A stretch of DNA of 64,000 nt from Methanotrichaceae archaeon (GTDB taxonomy: Archaea; Halobacteriota; Methanosarcinia; Methanotrichales; Methanotrichaceae). Shown here piece after piece: positions 29,106-39,685 of this stretch; position 1 is the stretch's first letter; each line of letters starts with the position of its first letter. The stretch spans positions 32,001 through 96,000 of the forward strand of contig CAWDLW010000030.1 of NCBI GenBank assembly GCA_963803145.1, given 5' to 3'. The position numbers were made by a program, and so were the translations under genes. The notes beneath the pieces are model-generated. The model made no database searches. It was not told the origin of the DNA and worked only from the letters and a program-made list of their open reading frames with translations.

Positions 29106-29951
29106 ATGATTAACAGCGATAATATTCGCATAGGAGGGAGGCCTATTAGAAGAATTACCGCATTAGGTTATAGTCTGGCACTAATTTTTGTAATTGTATC
29201 GACGGCTACTATTTCATGCTTTGCCGCAGATCAGACAGTTTCACCGAGAGATATGACCTACATTACAGAGCAGTTTCCACCATACAACTTCGAGAAGGAT
29301 GGGAAGCTGCAAGGAATCTCTGTAGATCTACTAGAGACGGTCTGGCAGAAGATGAACGCAAGCCTTAATGAAAGCGCCATTGAGCTTCTGCCCTGGACTG
29401 AGGGTTACCAAAGGACGCTGGATGAAAAGAATACTGTACTATTCTCAACTGCTCGTCTGCCGCAAAGGGAGCTGCTCTTTAAATGGGCTGGGCCGATCGG
29501 GCCAATCAGAAATGTGCTTCTAGTAAAGAAGGATAAGAATATCAGCGTTACATCGGCAGAGGAGCTGAAAAAATACAAGATAGGAGCCCTCAAGGATGAC
29601 AGCGCCGTGCAGATGCTCCTGGATAAAGGCGTGAAGAAGGAAGACCTTAGGCTCGAGCCTACATCGACGCAAGCTATAGAGATGCTGCAGAACGGGAGCA
29701 TTGATGCCTGGGCTTACGGCGATACTGCTGGCATGTGGCTGATCCAGGAGTCGGGCGCAAATACAAGCGATTTCAGGGTGGCCTATGTGCTGGGGCAGAT
29801 AGATTACTACTATGCATTCAACAATGAAACTCCTGATTATATAGTGCAGTCGTTCCAGCAGGCAATAGATAATGTCAAGAATAGCAAAGATAAGGATGGA
29901 GTGAGCGAGTACCAAAAGGTTCTATCTAAGTATGTTCCTACAATGCTGTAG
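29106..29951 (+). CDS. Family-3 (polar amino acid type) extracellular substrate-binding protein, no permease nearby
   Basis: TEQFPPYNF..DGKLQGISVDLL, LPW..G, FKWAGPI, YYAFN; hydrophobic N-terminus. Confidence 0.88.
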   Translation: MINSDNIRIGGRPIRRITALGYSLALIFVIVSTATISCFAADQTVSPRDMTYITEQFPPYNFEKDGKLQGISVDLLETVWQKMNASLNESAIELLPWTEGYQRTLDEKNTVLFSTARLPQRELLFKWAGPIGPIRNVLLVKKDKNISVTSAEELKKYKIGALKDDSAVQMLLDKGVKKEDLRLEPTSTQAIEMLQNGSIDAWAYGDTAGMWLIQESGANTSDFRVAYVLGQIDYYYAFNNETPDYIVQSFQQAIDNVKNSKDKDGVSEYQKVLSKYVPTML

Positions 29952-30212
29952 GGTAGAGGTTCGCTGAAAAGGCGAAATACTTTTTTGGCAGGAATTAGAG
30001 AGGTAAGCCCTTCAAACATGAAGATTATACTATTTCGATTATAAAAAACGTATTAAAAGATACGGTACATGAAGATAGGCTGGTGGATGCCGTCCACAAT
30101 GCCAAGAAAAAGTACAGTCCGATATACATCGAAGGCGTATTAAAGGCAAGTGGTATCCTGCAATAGACATGTTAAGGTCAGTGTGAAAACAGATAGCAGT
30201 AAAAGCGTTAGG

Positions 30213-30233
30213 TGCGGGGGATGGGACCCCCGC
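30213..30233. repeat. Hairpin whose first 14 nt equal the tRNA-Leu 3' end
   Basis: TGCGGGGGATGGGA identical to 34893-34906, then CCCCCGC equal to the other acceptor arm. Confidence 0.45.
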
Positions 30234-30273
30234 TTTTAACATATTACCTCACACTTTGCAGTTAGTTTTCAGG

Positions 30274-30927
30274 TCACTCCAGTAGCGTCACCGCTCCGCT
30301 ACCAAGGCTGTAGCGGGCACCGAGAATCTTAAGCTTGCCCTGTTTGTAAGCCGATGAGAGAATCGGTTCAGAAGATTTTAGCTTGGCTACGACGTTCTGC
30401 GTATTAACATCGATAGAGTTGTTCAGAAGGTCACCCTTCATCCCCTTTGCCACATCTACTGCGGGCTTGATTGCCTCCACAAGGCTTCCGATGTGGCCAG
30501 GATTTTCACCACCTGCAATTGCCGCTTCCACCGCTCCACAGCCGTCGTGACCCAGGACCAAGACTAATTGAACGTTCAGGTGATCCACTGCGTATTCTAT
30601 GGTTCCTAGGGTGGCGTTATCCATTACTTCTCCTGCGGTCCTTACCACAAAGATATCTCCGAGCCCCTGATCGAATACGATCTCTGGAGGAACCCTGGAA
30701 TCGGAGCAGGTCACTATTACTGCGAATGGTTGCTGAGAGGTTACCAACTCAACTCGCCGATCTGCTATGGACTGGTCCGGATGGGTTGCATTTCCAGAGG
30801 CGAACCTGGCGTTACCTTCCATCAGATTCTTCATAGCCTGATCAGCTGTTATTCCAGAATTCTCTTCAGAGGCCAACCCTCCAAATGTACATGTCAGAAT
30901 TAATAGGCCGATTATCAAACAAGTCAA
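30274..30927 (-). CDS. Beta-class carbonic anhydrase with signal-peptide-like N-terminus
   Basis: GNARF, CSDSR, H..CGAV zinc motifs; start uncertain. Confidence 0.9.
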   Translation of the reverse strand: MTCLIIGLLILTCTFGGLASEENSGITADQAMKNLMEGNARFASGNATHPDQSIADRRVELVTSQQPFAVIVTCSDSRVPPEIVFDQGLGDIFVVRTAGEVMDNATLGTIEYAVDHLNVQLVLVLGHDGCGAVEAAIAGGENPGHIGSLVEAIKPAVDVAKGMKGDLLNNSIDVNTQNVVAKLKSSEPILSSAYKQGKLKILGARYSLGSGAVTLLE

Positions 30928-31273
30928 AATTTTTACGTTGATTCCTCCTTTATTTCCTCTAATTGTGGATAATAAAACTTATAAAACTTTTTGTCGTGAA
31001 AATAATTATGAGCGTCAGGACAGAGCTGTCATTGTTATTCCTCACGGCTCTTGGATGACAGGTACATATAACGCGTAACTTTTTCTTTTCTTTTTCGTTA
31101 CTATACCTTTAGGGAGGACTTTATAAATATCTTCTCGACCCACTACCCCGAATGTCTTCACGCTCCAGATTCTATGTTTTCAAGCAGAGATACCATTCGA
31201 CAACGTCTGCACTATTGGCAGATAAAAAAAGTGGTTATCATTACACAAGTTAAATATATGTCCATAGATGGAC

Positions 31274-31528
31274 CTATACAGACTTTATCCGCTCAGTCTT
31301 CCAATATGCATTGTGCCAAGCTTTATGCCCATTCTCGCCCTGCCTCCGATCGCAATCTACCCAGCCCCATTTTATTAATGACCTGAGGGCTCTGGAAAGC
31401 TGGCGTTTTGTCCTGGCCATGGCAGTGTATGAAGAGATATCCAGGCCCAATGCGAGGGCAATCTCCTTCATGGATATGGCTTCGTCTTTGTTATCAGGAA
31501 GAACTGCCAAGACGGCCTCTGGATTCAT
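31274..31528 (-). CDS. Small winged-helix DNA-binding protein
   Basis: AISMKEIALALGL...LSRALRSLIKWGWV; SD GGGGG. Confidence 0.7.
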   Translation of the reverse strand: MNPEAVLAVLPDNKDEAISMKEIALALGLDISSYTAMARTKRQLSRALRSLIKWGWVDCDRRQGENGHKAWHNAYWKTERIKSV

Positions 31529-31588
31529 GCTAACCCCCTGAAGCATTATTGCTGATAACTTGAGGATTCCTATTTACTTGTATCCTAA

Positions 31589-32575
31589 GGGCGGTTTTTT
31601 TAAATCGACTCTAGATTTGCCTTACGATGTTCGCTATTCTTGGTCTAACCTGTTTTTTTTCAGTTAATTCTCGATAGCATCCGCTATCCCTAAATGACAT
31701 TTGCCTTTTTAAGAGTACAAAGCTGATACAAGTTAAAAGCGAAAGCGGTAACTATCATTTTCACATGCACTCTTCTGACTGATGTAACAAGCACTCTTCC
31801 AGCCTCGAAAACCCTCTTGATTACAGCATGGGGCCTTTCGCCAGGCGATCTGAGGATACTGATCAACTGATTGCGTTCTTTATCAAGATCAGAAAGAGGT
31901 TTATCAGTAGTCCTGCGCTTCATTGTAAAATCAATACCTTTGGCCTTCACACCGAAATATCCTCTATCTCTGAAAACTGGCACGCCAGGGATAGAGAGAT
32001 CAACCTGACTGTCATGCAGTGATGCAGTCGAGGTCTCTATATCACGTATTAGGCTGTAATCGATATCAGTTATTTGATGTAACTTATATCCGAAGTGAGT
32101 TTCATTGCCTTTCTTAGCCCATGTGCCATCCTTGCTGCGACGTGTCTTAGCCTCATCGCCACGTGGTTTCTTTGACTCCGATGATCCTGGATCTGCTTCT
32201 ATAAAGGTAGCATCCTGAACAATTCCGCGTCTGATCTTCAATCCTTTTGCATCCAACTGTCTTTGAAGTTCAGCCCAAACAAGCGCATATCTGTTCCTGT
32301 CTCCGCCATTCGTTCTTTGAATGACCATATAGTTCTGGAATCAGGGAACTGAGCAGGAAAACCAAGAAATGCCATAAATGATATGCGATCAGCCATTTGC
32401 CGTTCAACAGCCAGATCGCTCAGGCCATACCACTGCTGGAGAATCAGGATCCTGAACATTAGAATAACATCACATTTGGGCCTTCCGCCCTTCTGGTCTT
32501 ATTAGTATACATCCCTTCCAGAAGAGGACGAAAGGGAACCCAATTGATCGATCCAGATACTTGAGCTAAATTTAG
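31589..32575 (-). mobile_element. IS5-family insertion sequence, 5'-truncated with frameshifted transposase
   Basis: Frames join as INWVPFRPLLEGMY/GGRPKCDVILMFRILILQQWYGLSD...PDSRTIW/QDATFI...HFGYKLH...DRGY...ERP; right end near 31589 abuts CTAA. Confidence 0.88.
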
Positions 32576-32927
32576 AATCCAGTCGAGCATTGCTTGGCAT
32601 ATTAGACCTTTCAATACCCAAGTAGTAAAAGAATCCATAACAATAAATACTATTTGCTGTATTTAACACTTTCGATGCTAAAGCAGGGGGTAGGTTTATA
32701 GGAATCCTCAACTTCAATTTGAATATGACGCCAAAAAAGATTTGATGCTGGGGATGAGATCACGGCATGTACTTCAGAACACACCCCAATGCTAAGGATC
32801 TTGAGCATGAGGGCTGATTCAGGCGGATTTATTTCAAATTTTGGCACAATACCGAAAGAATTAATTACACAAGCCTTTATCCTGTAACTTTTAAAGATAA
32901 AAATGGTAATTCGTGCTGGTGGTGGTT

Positions 32928-33992
32928 GTGAAACTGAATAAGCTAAACTATAGCAAGGTAATCCTATTGGTATTGATCCTGCAATTTATCGCGATGGCAG
33001 TCCACGCTGGGGGTTCATGCAGTTATACTCTCACGAATGTAGATCCGAGCATAATCAATAGTAAGAAATCCGATGTAGAGATTAATTTAGGGAGCAATGC
33101 AGTTGATTTTCTAATTCCCAGCGGGCAGTTTGCTGGATATGATCTCCACTTTACGTGGGAGAACCCTCCTAGGGTCGTTCAATGTGGTCAAGAATTCTCT
33201 TTTAAAACAGAGGCAAATTTGATTAACTCTGGATCAGGTTATAGACGTGCTTGGGTGAATACGGATGCTAGCGATGATAAGTATGTAGTTCATAATGCAA
33301 ATGCAAGGGCAGGAATAGGTGACTCTGGACCATATGAGCATAATGACATCGCTAAGTACCAAGTACCAGAAGATGATGCTGATCCTCAGTTCATTATCAA
33401 TGTCACTTTAGGAGATGGAGCTGGCACAGACGTTCTCCTAGCGAGGTATGTCTATACTAAGGAAAACGCAACAATCGGAACTTTAAGGCTCCCAAATCCA
33501 TTAGTTATCAATGGCGGTTTTGAGAGGGCTGCTGCTGCGCCTGGATCATCGGGCGTATCATCCCTGCAAGCCGGTGATACTAGCATAAATGGATGGGCTG
33601 TTGGTGGGAATGGTTTAGATTACATAGGTAAATTCTGGCAATCATCTGAAGGAGGTGCATCTATTGATCTAAACTACTTGAATAGTGGTTCGATCAGCAC
33701 GACTTTAGATACAGCTCCAGAGACGACATATCAGCTTCTCTTTGATATGGCAGGCAACCCCGATGGCAAACCAACTGAAAAAACGCTGCGTGTATGGATT
33801 GGCGATACATATCAGGATTTTACATTCAACACCGCAGGCAAGACGAGAGAGAATATGGGATGGGAGACAAAGTCATTAGAGTTCACTGCAACTGCTAGCG
33901 CCACGCCACTGAAATTTGAGAGCTTGACGCCTGGGCCTTATGGACCAGCGCTCGATAATGTCAGAGTGACTCCAGAAACAACTACTTCATAG
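32928..33992 (+). CDS. Secreted protein with C-terminal DUF642 (choice-of-anchor C) carbohydrate-binding-like domain
   Basis: Signal peptide; LVINGGFE...WQSSEG..SIDL...FDMAGNP...GPALDNV. Confidence 0.8.
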   Translation: MKLNKLNYSKVILLVLILQFIAMAVHAGGSCSYTLTNVDPSIINSKKSDVEINLGSNAVDFLIPSGQFAGYDLHFTWENPPRVVQCGQEFSFKTEANLINSGSGYRRAWVNTDASDDKYVVHNANARAGIGDSGPYEHNDIAKYQVPEDDADPQFIINVTLGDGAGTDVLLARYVYTKENATIGTLRLPNPLVINGGFERAAAAPGSSGVSSLQAGDTSINGWAVGGNGLDYIGKFWQSSEGGASIDLNYLNSGSISTTLDTAPETTYQLLFDMAGNPDGKPTEKTLRVWIGDTYQDFTFNTAGKTRENMGWETKSLEFTATASATPLKFESLTPGPYGPALDNVRVTPETTTS

Positions 33993-34456
33993 GCTCGACT
34001 GAGGCTTGGCAAAGCTGCATACAAGAACGCCATTTGGGGGCTGGTTTATAGCAGGCATAATCGAACTGCTATCACCGCCCTCGAGCCTATGCCACAAGAA
34101 TTTGAAAAACTCCGCTGGTCTAGCGTAGCATGGGCTCATATGAGTCCTGAATTGCCATCACAACTATCCTAGCCTCAGCCCTCTGCCTTTCATTGAAATA
34201 AAACACTCTATCGGCATTATTTACAAGGACCTCAAGATAGGGATCTGTGCCAGAGGCATAGAGCAGCACAGCGGCCTCCTTCGGATATTATCTCATGGCA
34301 TATGATACGTAACAAGATAACTTTTGAGTATACTTATGCTAATCACAATTATGATGATCTATCGAAGGATCATGATCTGCCAAAGCCTTGTAAAGCCTGG
34401 GACTTACAATACCAAATCTTTCAGCCTTTCTCTTCCTCGCCAAGGCATTACATCCT

Positions 34457-34744
34457 TTACCGCCTTGGCCACCACGGAGCATCTAGCAAGATATCATTCG
34501 CCTTCTCTCTAAGTTGTGAGACTGCCGTGTTATCATCATGTAATTGCCGACAAAGCTTTTCATAGTTTGTAAAATGATGCCGCCCATAGCTGAGTAACTG
34601 CTGAATTGAAGGGCGTGGGGTGTTGTAGGCCCTAGCAACTTCATTATAGAAATCTCTAGGTGTAGCCGTTATTTTGACATGGCGGTTATATGCCCGCCTA
34701 AGGGATTTAGAGTTATAAGATGGTTTCACAGGCATGTTTACCAT
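34457..34744 (-). CDS. Hypothetical protein, DUF2293-like RH..TNYE motif
   Basis: LSYGRHHFTNYEKL; immediately downstream of tRNA-Leu. Confidence 0.5.
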   Translation of the reverse strand: MVNMPVKPSYNSKSLRRAYNRHVKITATPRDFYNEVARAYNTPRPSIQQLLSYGRHHFTNYEKLCRQLHDDNTAVSQLREKANDILLDAPWWPRR

Positions 34745-34892
34745 TCTTCTTAATTAGCCGCCTTGGAGATACCAGGATCATAAAGGTTCTTATAGCCTTA
34801 ACCCCAAGTGTGAGAATAAAAATTGGGCCCTATTTACTAGTAACCACTTTAGGAAGTTATCAATAAAAATCGGCGTGCAGTGACTTGGTTTA

Positions 34893-34977
34893 TGCGGGGG
34901 ATGGGATTCGAACCCACGAATGTCTACACAACTGGACCCTGAATCCAGCGCCTTTGACCTGGCTTGGCAACCCCCGC
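34893..34977 (-). tRNA. tRNA-Leu(CAG)
   Basis: GCGGGGGTTGCCAAGCCAGGTCAAAGGCG-CTGGA-TTCAGGG-TCCAG-long variable arm-GGTTCGAATCCCATCCCCCGCA; no encoded CCA. Confidence 0.97.
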
Positions 34978-35090
34978 AATGAGGCAGGCTTTTTCTTGTG
35001 CTTGTACTATTTAACTGTATTCGTTCCGTATCCGCTTACTGAATTTGTTCGCCGCTAACCATTAACTGCTTTCAACGGCAGATACGCATG

Positions 35091-35564
35091 CTACAGTAAC
35101 TCACCAGCCGCCTCGGATTTCGTCGTCTCCTCCAGCTCGAAGGATACGCCCCGTCGCCTCAGCTCCGCAGTGAAAACCTCCATGAATACGCCTGTTCCGG
35201 AAACGTGCTCATGCTCTGCCGCTCGTACCCTTCCTCCAGAGTAGCCGATAGTAGTAGTATTATTTCCGCAGCTCGGGCTTCCGCTTACGCCGACTATTCT
35301 TAGACTATAGCCCTTTGATGCAAACATCTCCATAAGGTCTGCGTAAGGCTCTAGTAACCGCCCGCAGAAGCGTCTGAACTCAGGAACATCAAGCTGATTC
35401 CTTGTGACCGCCCACCTATCCAGCCCAAGGTAGATCGCCTCCGGGCAGGGAAGCTGTATCAATGGCCCAGAGGGCATAAAACATAGAGGCCCGATGCCCT
35501 TCACCCTTGTGCAGGGGTTCAGGATGCAGTGGGCTACGACTGTGATTTCTTTTCCTTCAGCCAT
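35091..35564 (-). CDS. DUF523/TudS-like Fe-S protein
   Basis: AHCILN, QLPCPE, GSPSCG, G.GVFME. Confidence 0.8.
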   Translation of the reverse strand: MAEGKEITVVAHCILNPCTRVKGIGPLCFMPSGPLIQLPCPEAIYLGLDRWAVTRNQLDVPEFRRFCGRLLEPYADLMEMFASKGYSLRIVGVSGSPSCGNNTTTIGYSGGRVRAAEHEHVSGTGVFMEVFTAELRRRGVSFELEETTKSEAAGELL

Positions 35565-35980
35565 TGCTTGACATATTGGTAAAACTTGATGCCGTCAGTT
35601 TCCTCGTAGAAGATTATCTTCTCAGTCCCATTCATGGCCTTCAGCTCGAGTGTGTTCGAGTGGAACTCCTTAAGGTACTCGACATCATCGACATTCTCCA
35701 AGGGCACAGTCCTGACCTGATCCCAGAACATTGCGGGCCTGATGAAATGCACATTCTTCCTTGTGACAACAAGATAGCCGAAGATCCTGTCCATCATTCC
35801 CATCCTGACCATTGCCAGCATCCGGTCAGTGGCATACCTCTCAAGGATAGCAGGGAAGATAAAAAGGGGCTCTTCGCCAACGGACGCCAGCTTCTTCAGG
35901 GCTCTCTTCAGCTTCTTAGGTGCATTGGGTGCATTAGGTGCATTCGATGTATCCGCATTAGGTGCTTCTGATGTATCCAT
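35534..35980 (-). CDS. Bacterial-type PH-domain protein with NAP repeats at the N-terminus
   Basis: GYLVVTRKNVHFI...VPLENVDDVEY; 9-bp repeats near 35919-35965. Confidence 0.6.
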   Translation of the reverse strand: MDTSEAPNADTSNAPNAPNAPKKLKRALKKLASVGEEPLFIFPAILERYATDRMLAMVRMGMMDRIFGYLVVTRKNVHFIRPAMFWDQVRTVPLENVDDVEYLKEFHSNTLELKAMNGTEKIIFYEETDGIKFYQYVKQWLKEKKSQS

Positions 35981-35991
35981 CTTCGGGTTAC

Positions 35992-37134
35992 TCAGGTTAC
36001 TATCTTGTCCAGAGCATCGTTTTCAAGAGCTATCCTGACCTCGCGGGCGACTCTGCGGCCTGTGGACATATTCGTCCTCCAGAGGGAATTTCCATATGGA
36101 TGACCGACAGCCATATGCACATTCGTTCCGCCGCCGATTCTAGGAGCTACGTCGTAGATGTAGAAGTTTAGGTCCTTATCTACACAGGTCTGTAGGCAGA
36201 AGGGCCCGATAATTCCAGGCGTATAATACTCCTGCGTCGTGGCTACGTACTTCTCTGCGAGCTCAAATGCCTTCTCAAGCAATGACTCGCGAAGAGTTGC
36301 AGAGTTATGGCCGCAGACTGTATACTCCGGATTGATCTGCTTCTCATTCAGCGTAAGCTGCTGAGGCGCAGGAAGGCGGACATGCCCGTCAAGGCTCGTC
36401 TCAAAGCGCCAATCGATTCCAAGAAGCTCTATCCTCTCGGTTATTGGGGAGTAGAAGAAGTCGAGGTTGAAGACAGGTCCGATTATGTAGCGCTCAATTC
36501 TCGCAAGCTCAAGGCCGTCTTGGTCTATGACCCCTTGTCTCAGCAAAAGGTCGGATTTCAGACAGTACTCCTCATATGATGCCGCTGTGAAAAATCCTCT
36601 TTCAAGCGTCTTGACCGCATGAGGAAGCTTGACCATGACGAGCTGATCAATCTCATCTGGCTCAATCTGCTCAGGATAAGGAAGGCCCGCCTTCTCAAGG
36701 AGCCAGTAATAATCCCTTTTATCCCCTCTTTCCTCAGATCGAAGCAAGTTTCTCGATCCTAGAAGGGGAACCATAAACTGATCCTCCACAGCATCTATGC
36801 CGCAGTATGATGTGAAAGATCTATTCGGAACGAAAAGCATGTTCTTTGATCTGAGGAGTCCCTGGTTCTCAGAGTCCATTATATCCGCGAATTTTCTAAG
36901 CGTCAGGACTTCATCTATCATGCCTGTGGCAACTTTTCCATTTATGCGATCTGCCCTGAAGTACTTCGCATAGGGCTTCTCTCGCCCCTCCTGGCAGATT
37001 GCAAATGTTTTGAAACCTTCCTCAACTGCACCATCGGCAGTATCAAGCGCCGAGTGGGACGCAATCATCCCGATTCGCAGTTCACTGAGGTCGTATTCCT
37101 CAAGGACCTCCTTAATCTTGCTGCGATCGATCAA
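35992..37134 (-). CDS. purP: PurP-family formate-dependent FAICAR synthetase (ATP-grasp)
   Basis: IASHSALD, PNRSF, ERGFF, GH..ATLRESLL, GPFCLQT, APRIGGGTN; could be the PurP-like paralog. Confidence 0.85.
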   Translation of the reverse strand: MIDRSKIKEVLEEYDLSELRIGMIASHSALDTADGAVEEGFKTFAICQEGREKPYAKYFRADRINGKVATGMIDEVLTLRKFADIMDSENQGLLRSKNMLFVPNRSFTSYCGIDAVEDQFMVPLLGSRNLLRSEERGDKRDYYWLLEKAGLPYPEQIEPDEIDQLVMVKLPHAVKTLERGFFTAASYEEYCLKSDLLLRQGVIDQDGLELARIERYIIGPVFNLDFFYSPITERIELLGIDWRFETSLDGHVRLPAPQQLTLNEKQINPEYTVCGHNSATLRESLLEKAFELAEKYVATTQEYYTPGIIGPFCLQTCVDKDLNFYIYDVAPRIGGGTNVHMAVGHPYGNSLWRTNMSTGRRVAREVRIALENDALDKIVT

Positions 37135-37198
37135 TCAAAGCACCTCAAAATAATTATGTTGATCTGTCATATCTACATCCTAATTAAGATGACCATTG

Positions 37199-37963
37199 TT
37201 ACCCCAAGGAAACAAATAATTCCCCTTTACCATTCTCAACCAGATCGCCGATATATTTCTGATGATCCACCCCATCAAGCTTGACGACATCAGCCTTCTG
37301 GAAGCTTGGAAGCACCTTTGTTTTACCCCGCACAGTTATCGTTCCCTTCGTCATCTCTGCACCCGGAAGGTAGGTGCTCCCACCGATAAATATTGTGCCA
37401 CCCTGATTCGCAGCACCGGGAAAATCATCGACGTTTCCATCCACATGAATGCTGCCACCACACATATGTTCGCCCAGGTATGCGCCAGCATTTCCACCTA
37501 TTTGGATTTCTCCACCACGCATGCCACACTTCTCGCCCCTATAGCCAGAGCCCGCATAGTTTCCCGCATTCCCTAACACTGCAATCTTTCCGCCGCGCAT
37601 CTCTCGCCCGAGCCAATCATCTGCGTTCCCACCTATTTGCAGCAGACCGCCCTTCATATTGTTGCCGGCATGCATGCCTACGCTGTCTGCTACATCTATT
37701 GTGCCGGCGGACATGCCCTCGCCTATCCGCTTTACCTTGGAGAAATCGCCCTCCAAACGGATCAGAGTATCCTCGGGCAATGTTGCATCTTCGTCTCCAC
37801 CCGCCTTAAAAAGGTCCGAGAGCTTATGTTTGCGATTGCCCTGCCAGACATCGAGGTCTCTTATCTGGCCCAGGGTTATGCTCGCGAGCTTATCAGGCGA
37901 TATATTCTCGGCCTCGACCGAGATATCGAAAACCTTTAGGGGGCTGATAATAATAGTCCTCAT
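37199..37963 (-). CDS. fwdC: Formylmethanofuran dehydrogenase subunit C
   Basis: EAENISPD, GXGM..G beta-helix repeats, GSGYRGE..GM. Confidence 0.93.
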   Translation of the reverse strand: MRTIIISPLKVFDISVEAENISPDKLASITLGQIRDLDVWQGNRKHKLSDLFKAGGDEDATLPEDTLIRLEGDFSKVKRIGEGMSAGTIDVADSVGMHAGNNMKGGLLQIGGNADDWLGREMRGGKIAVLGNAGNYAGSGYRGEKCGMRGGEIQIGGNAGAYLGEHMCGGSIHVDGNVDDFPGAANQGGTIFIGGSTYLPGAEMTKGTITVRGKTKVLPSFQKADVVKLDGVDHQKYIGDLVENGKGELFVSLG

Positions 37964-39685
37964 CTAGGCAACCTCCCTCACAGCCCCTATGCCTGTCTCC
38001 TGCATGCCCGCCTTTATCACTATTGGATTAGGAACATAGGCATCCTGGACCATATAATTCGACAGCTTTACGCTGTAATACCTCTCGAACTTCTCCTTGA
38101 GATCTGCCATAACCCTATCCATGTCCACTTTCGGCACTGATGCATCCACCCAATATGTTCTACCCTCTGGCGTTGCCAATATTTCGCCACCCTTCGAAAC
38201 AACAACTCCGCCTTTTATGGTGTACTTTGCCTTTGCCAGAGCCTTCTTCACAAGCTGGTGATCCTTGCTCGTATCGACCTCTTCCGGCTTTATGTCGTAG
38301 ATCGAGATGTCTGCGTCGGCTCCAATTCCTAGGTGCCCTTTATCACCCAACCCCAAGATACGCGCAGGTGCGGCCCGCGTCATGATGGCTATATCATTCC
38401 AATCCAGCTCACGCTCAATGCTGGCTATCGTGGATTTTTTGGCTGCCATCTCATGCTGTGTGGCAAGCTCCTCTGCTCTCTTGGATTTGCTCATGAGCAG
38501 AGCGATGACCTCTGGGTAGTTGACGAAGGGGCTCCCGTTGGGGTGATCTGTCGTCATGATCACTTTCCAGGGGTCCTTTGTGAGAAGAGCGAGCTCAAGG
38601 CCAGCCGCCCACTGTACATCGTTGACGATGTTCTTTCTGAAGTAAACCCAAGGCACTACACCGCTTGATTCCTCGAGCTCAATATCGTGGTTAGACCACT
38701 TCGCATGAGCCAGCCTCGCATTGCCATACTCCAGTGGAGCATCTGCAGTCATTGTAGTGGCAGATCCGAAGAGCACCTGGCCCAAGTCCATAGTAGCATG
38801 ATTATTTTTATTGAAGTAGTCGGCAATCACGGGAGCCTTGGATTCGAAGTCCCTCCAGCTCGTTCCTCCGTAGGATGAGAACTGCATGTGCGCTATATGG
38901 ACCACCTGTCTCATTCTGCTCGGCTTCACGTCCTTAAGAAGCTCCAAAGTCTCTAAAGCGGTGGTATAGTTCCCAGGCTTTCCTGTATTGTTGAAGTGAA
39001 GATGGATTGAGTGCGGCAGGCGAAGCATCTCATTAGCCTCTGCAAGTCCATGGATGATCTCAGCTGGTGTAACATCGAAGTTGGGCACAGGATCATGTAG
39101 CCCTTTCACATTGGCCCCAAAGCCCCATGCTTCGCCCCCTCCTGGATTAACCAGCTTAACCCCATAACCTCTGGATGCCCTCAGCCCCCAGGCCACATAG
39201 GCTGCCAGCTTTGGAATATCCTTATCACGGACGCACTCCATGACCTCCCAGTTACTGCCAAACAAAGTTAATGCGCCCTTATCAATTATCGGAATCTCTT
39301 CGAGCTCCTCATGAGTATGGCGCGCCTCGAGTATCGGCGTAGCAGCCTCAAAGGCTGTCGTGTAACCCAGTCCAGCATAGCGATAGCCTATGGCGTAACA
39401 GTTAGGAACAGTGTATCCAGTAGATGGCCTACATACAGCTGTTTTGGGCTCAATACCAAGCCTTGAATCGCCAGGGCTCATTATCCTGCCTGTGTTCACC
39501 TTAGCGCCTGCAATATGAGAATGAGCGTCTACTCCGCCTGGCATGACCAGTAGGCCTCGGGCATCTATCTCTTCCCCTTTTGTGTCCTCAACGATCCTGC
39601 CGGTCTCTATGCAGATGTCCATCTCATCGCCGAAAACGCCGTTTTCAGGATCATAGACCAACCCGCCCCTGATTATCATCTTCAA
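37964..39685 (-). CDS. fwdA: Formylmethanofuran dehydrogenase subunit A
   Basis: GGVDAHSHIAG, KLVNPGG, TTDHPNG, KGHLGIGADADI. Confidence 0.95.
   Translation of the reverse strand: MKMIIRGGLVYDPENGVFGDEMDICIETGRIVEDTKGEEIDARGLLVMPGGVDAHSHIAGAKVNTGRIMSPGDSRLGIEPKTAVCRPSTGYTVPNCYAIGYRYAGLGYTTAFEAATPILEARHTHEELEEIPIIDKGALTLFGSNWEVMECVRDKDIPKLAAYVAWGLRASRGYGVKLVNPGGGEAWGFGANVKGLHDPVPNFDVTPAEIIHGLAEANEMLRLPHSIHLHFNNTGKPGNYTTALETLELLKDVKPSRMRQVVHIAHMQFSSYGGTSWRDFESKAPVIADYFNKNNHATMDLGQVLFGSATTMTADAPLEYGNARLAHAKWSNHDIELEESSGVVPWVYFRKNIVNDVQWAAGLELALLTKDPWKVIMTTDHPNGSPFVNYPEVIALLMSKSKRAEELATQHEMAAKKSTIASIERELDWNDIAIMTRAAPARILGLGDKGHLGIGADADISIYDIKPEEVDTSKDHQLVKKALAKAKYTIKGGVVVSKGGEILATPEGRTYWVDASVPKVDMDRVMADLKEKFERYYSVKLSNYMVQDAYVPNPIVIKAGMQETGIGAVREVA

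Noticed and set aside
29965-30165. Protein-like fragment ending ...YIEGVLKASGILQ*
   Set aside because: Frameshifted, no start or family recognised
30205-30215. GCGTTAGGTGC as a possible attC R' end
   Set aside because: No matching RYYYAAC or L boxes upstream
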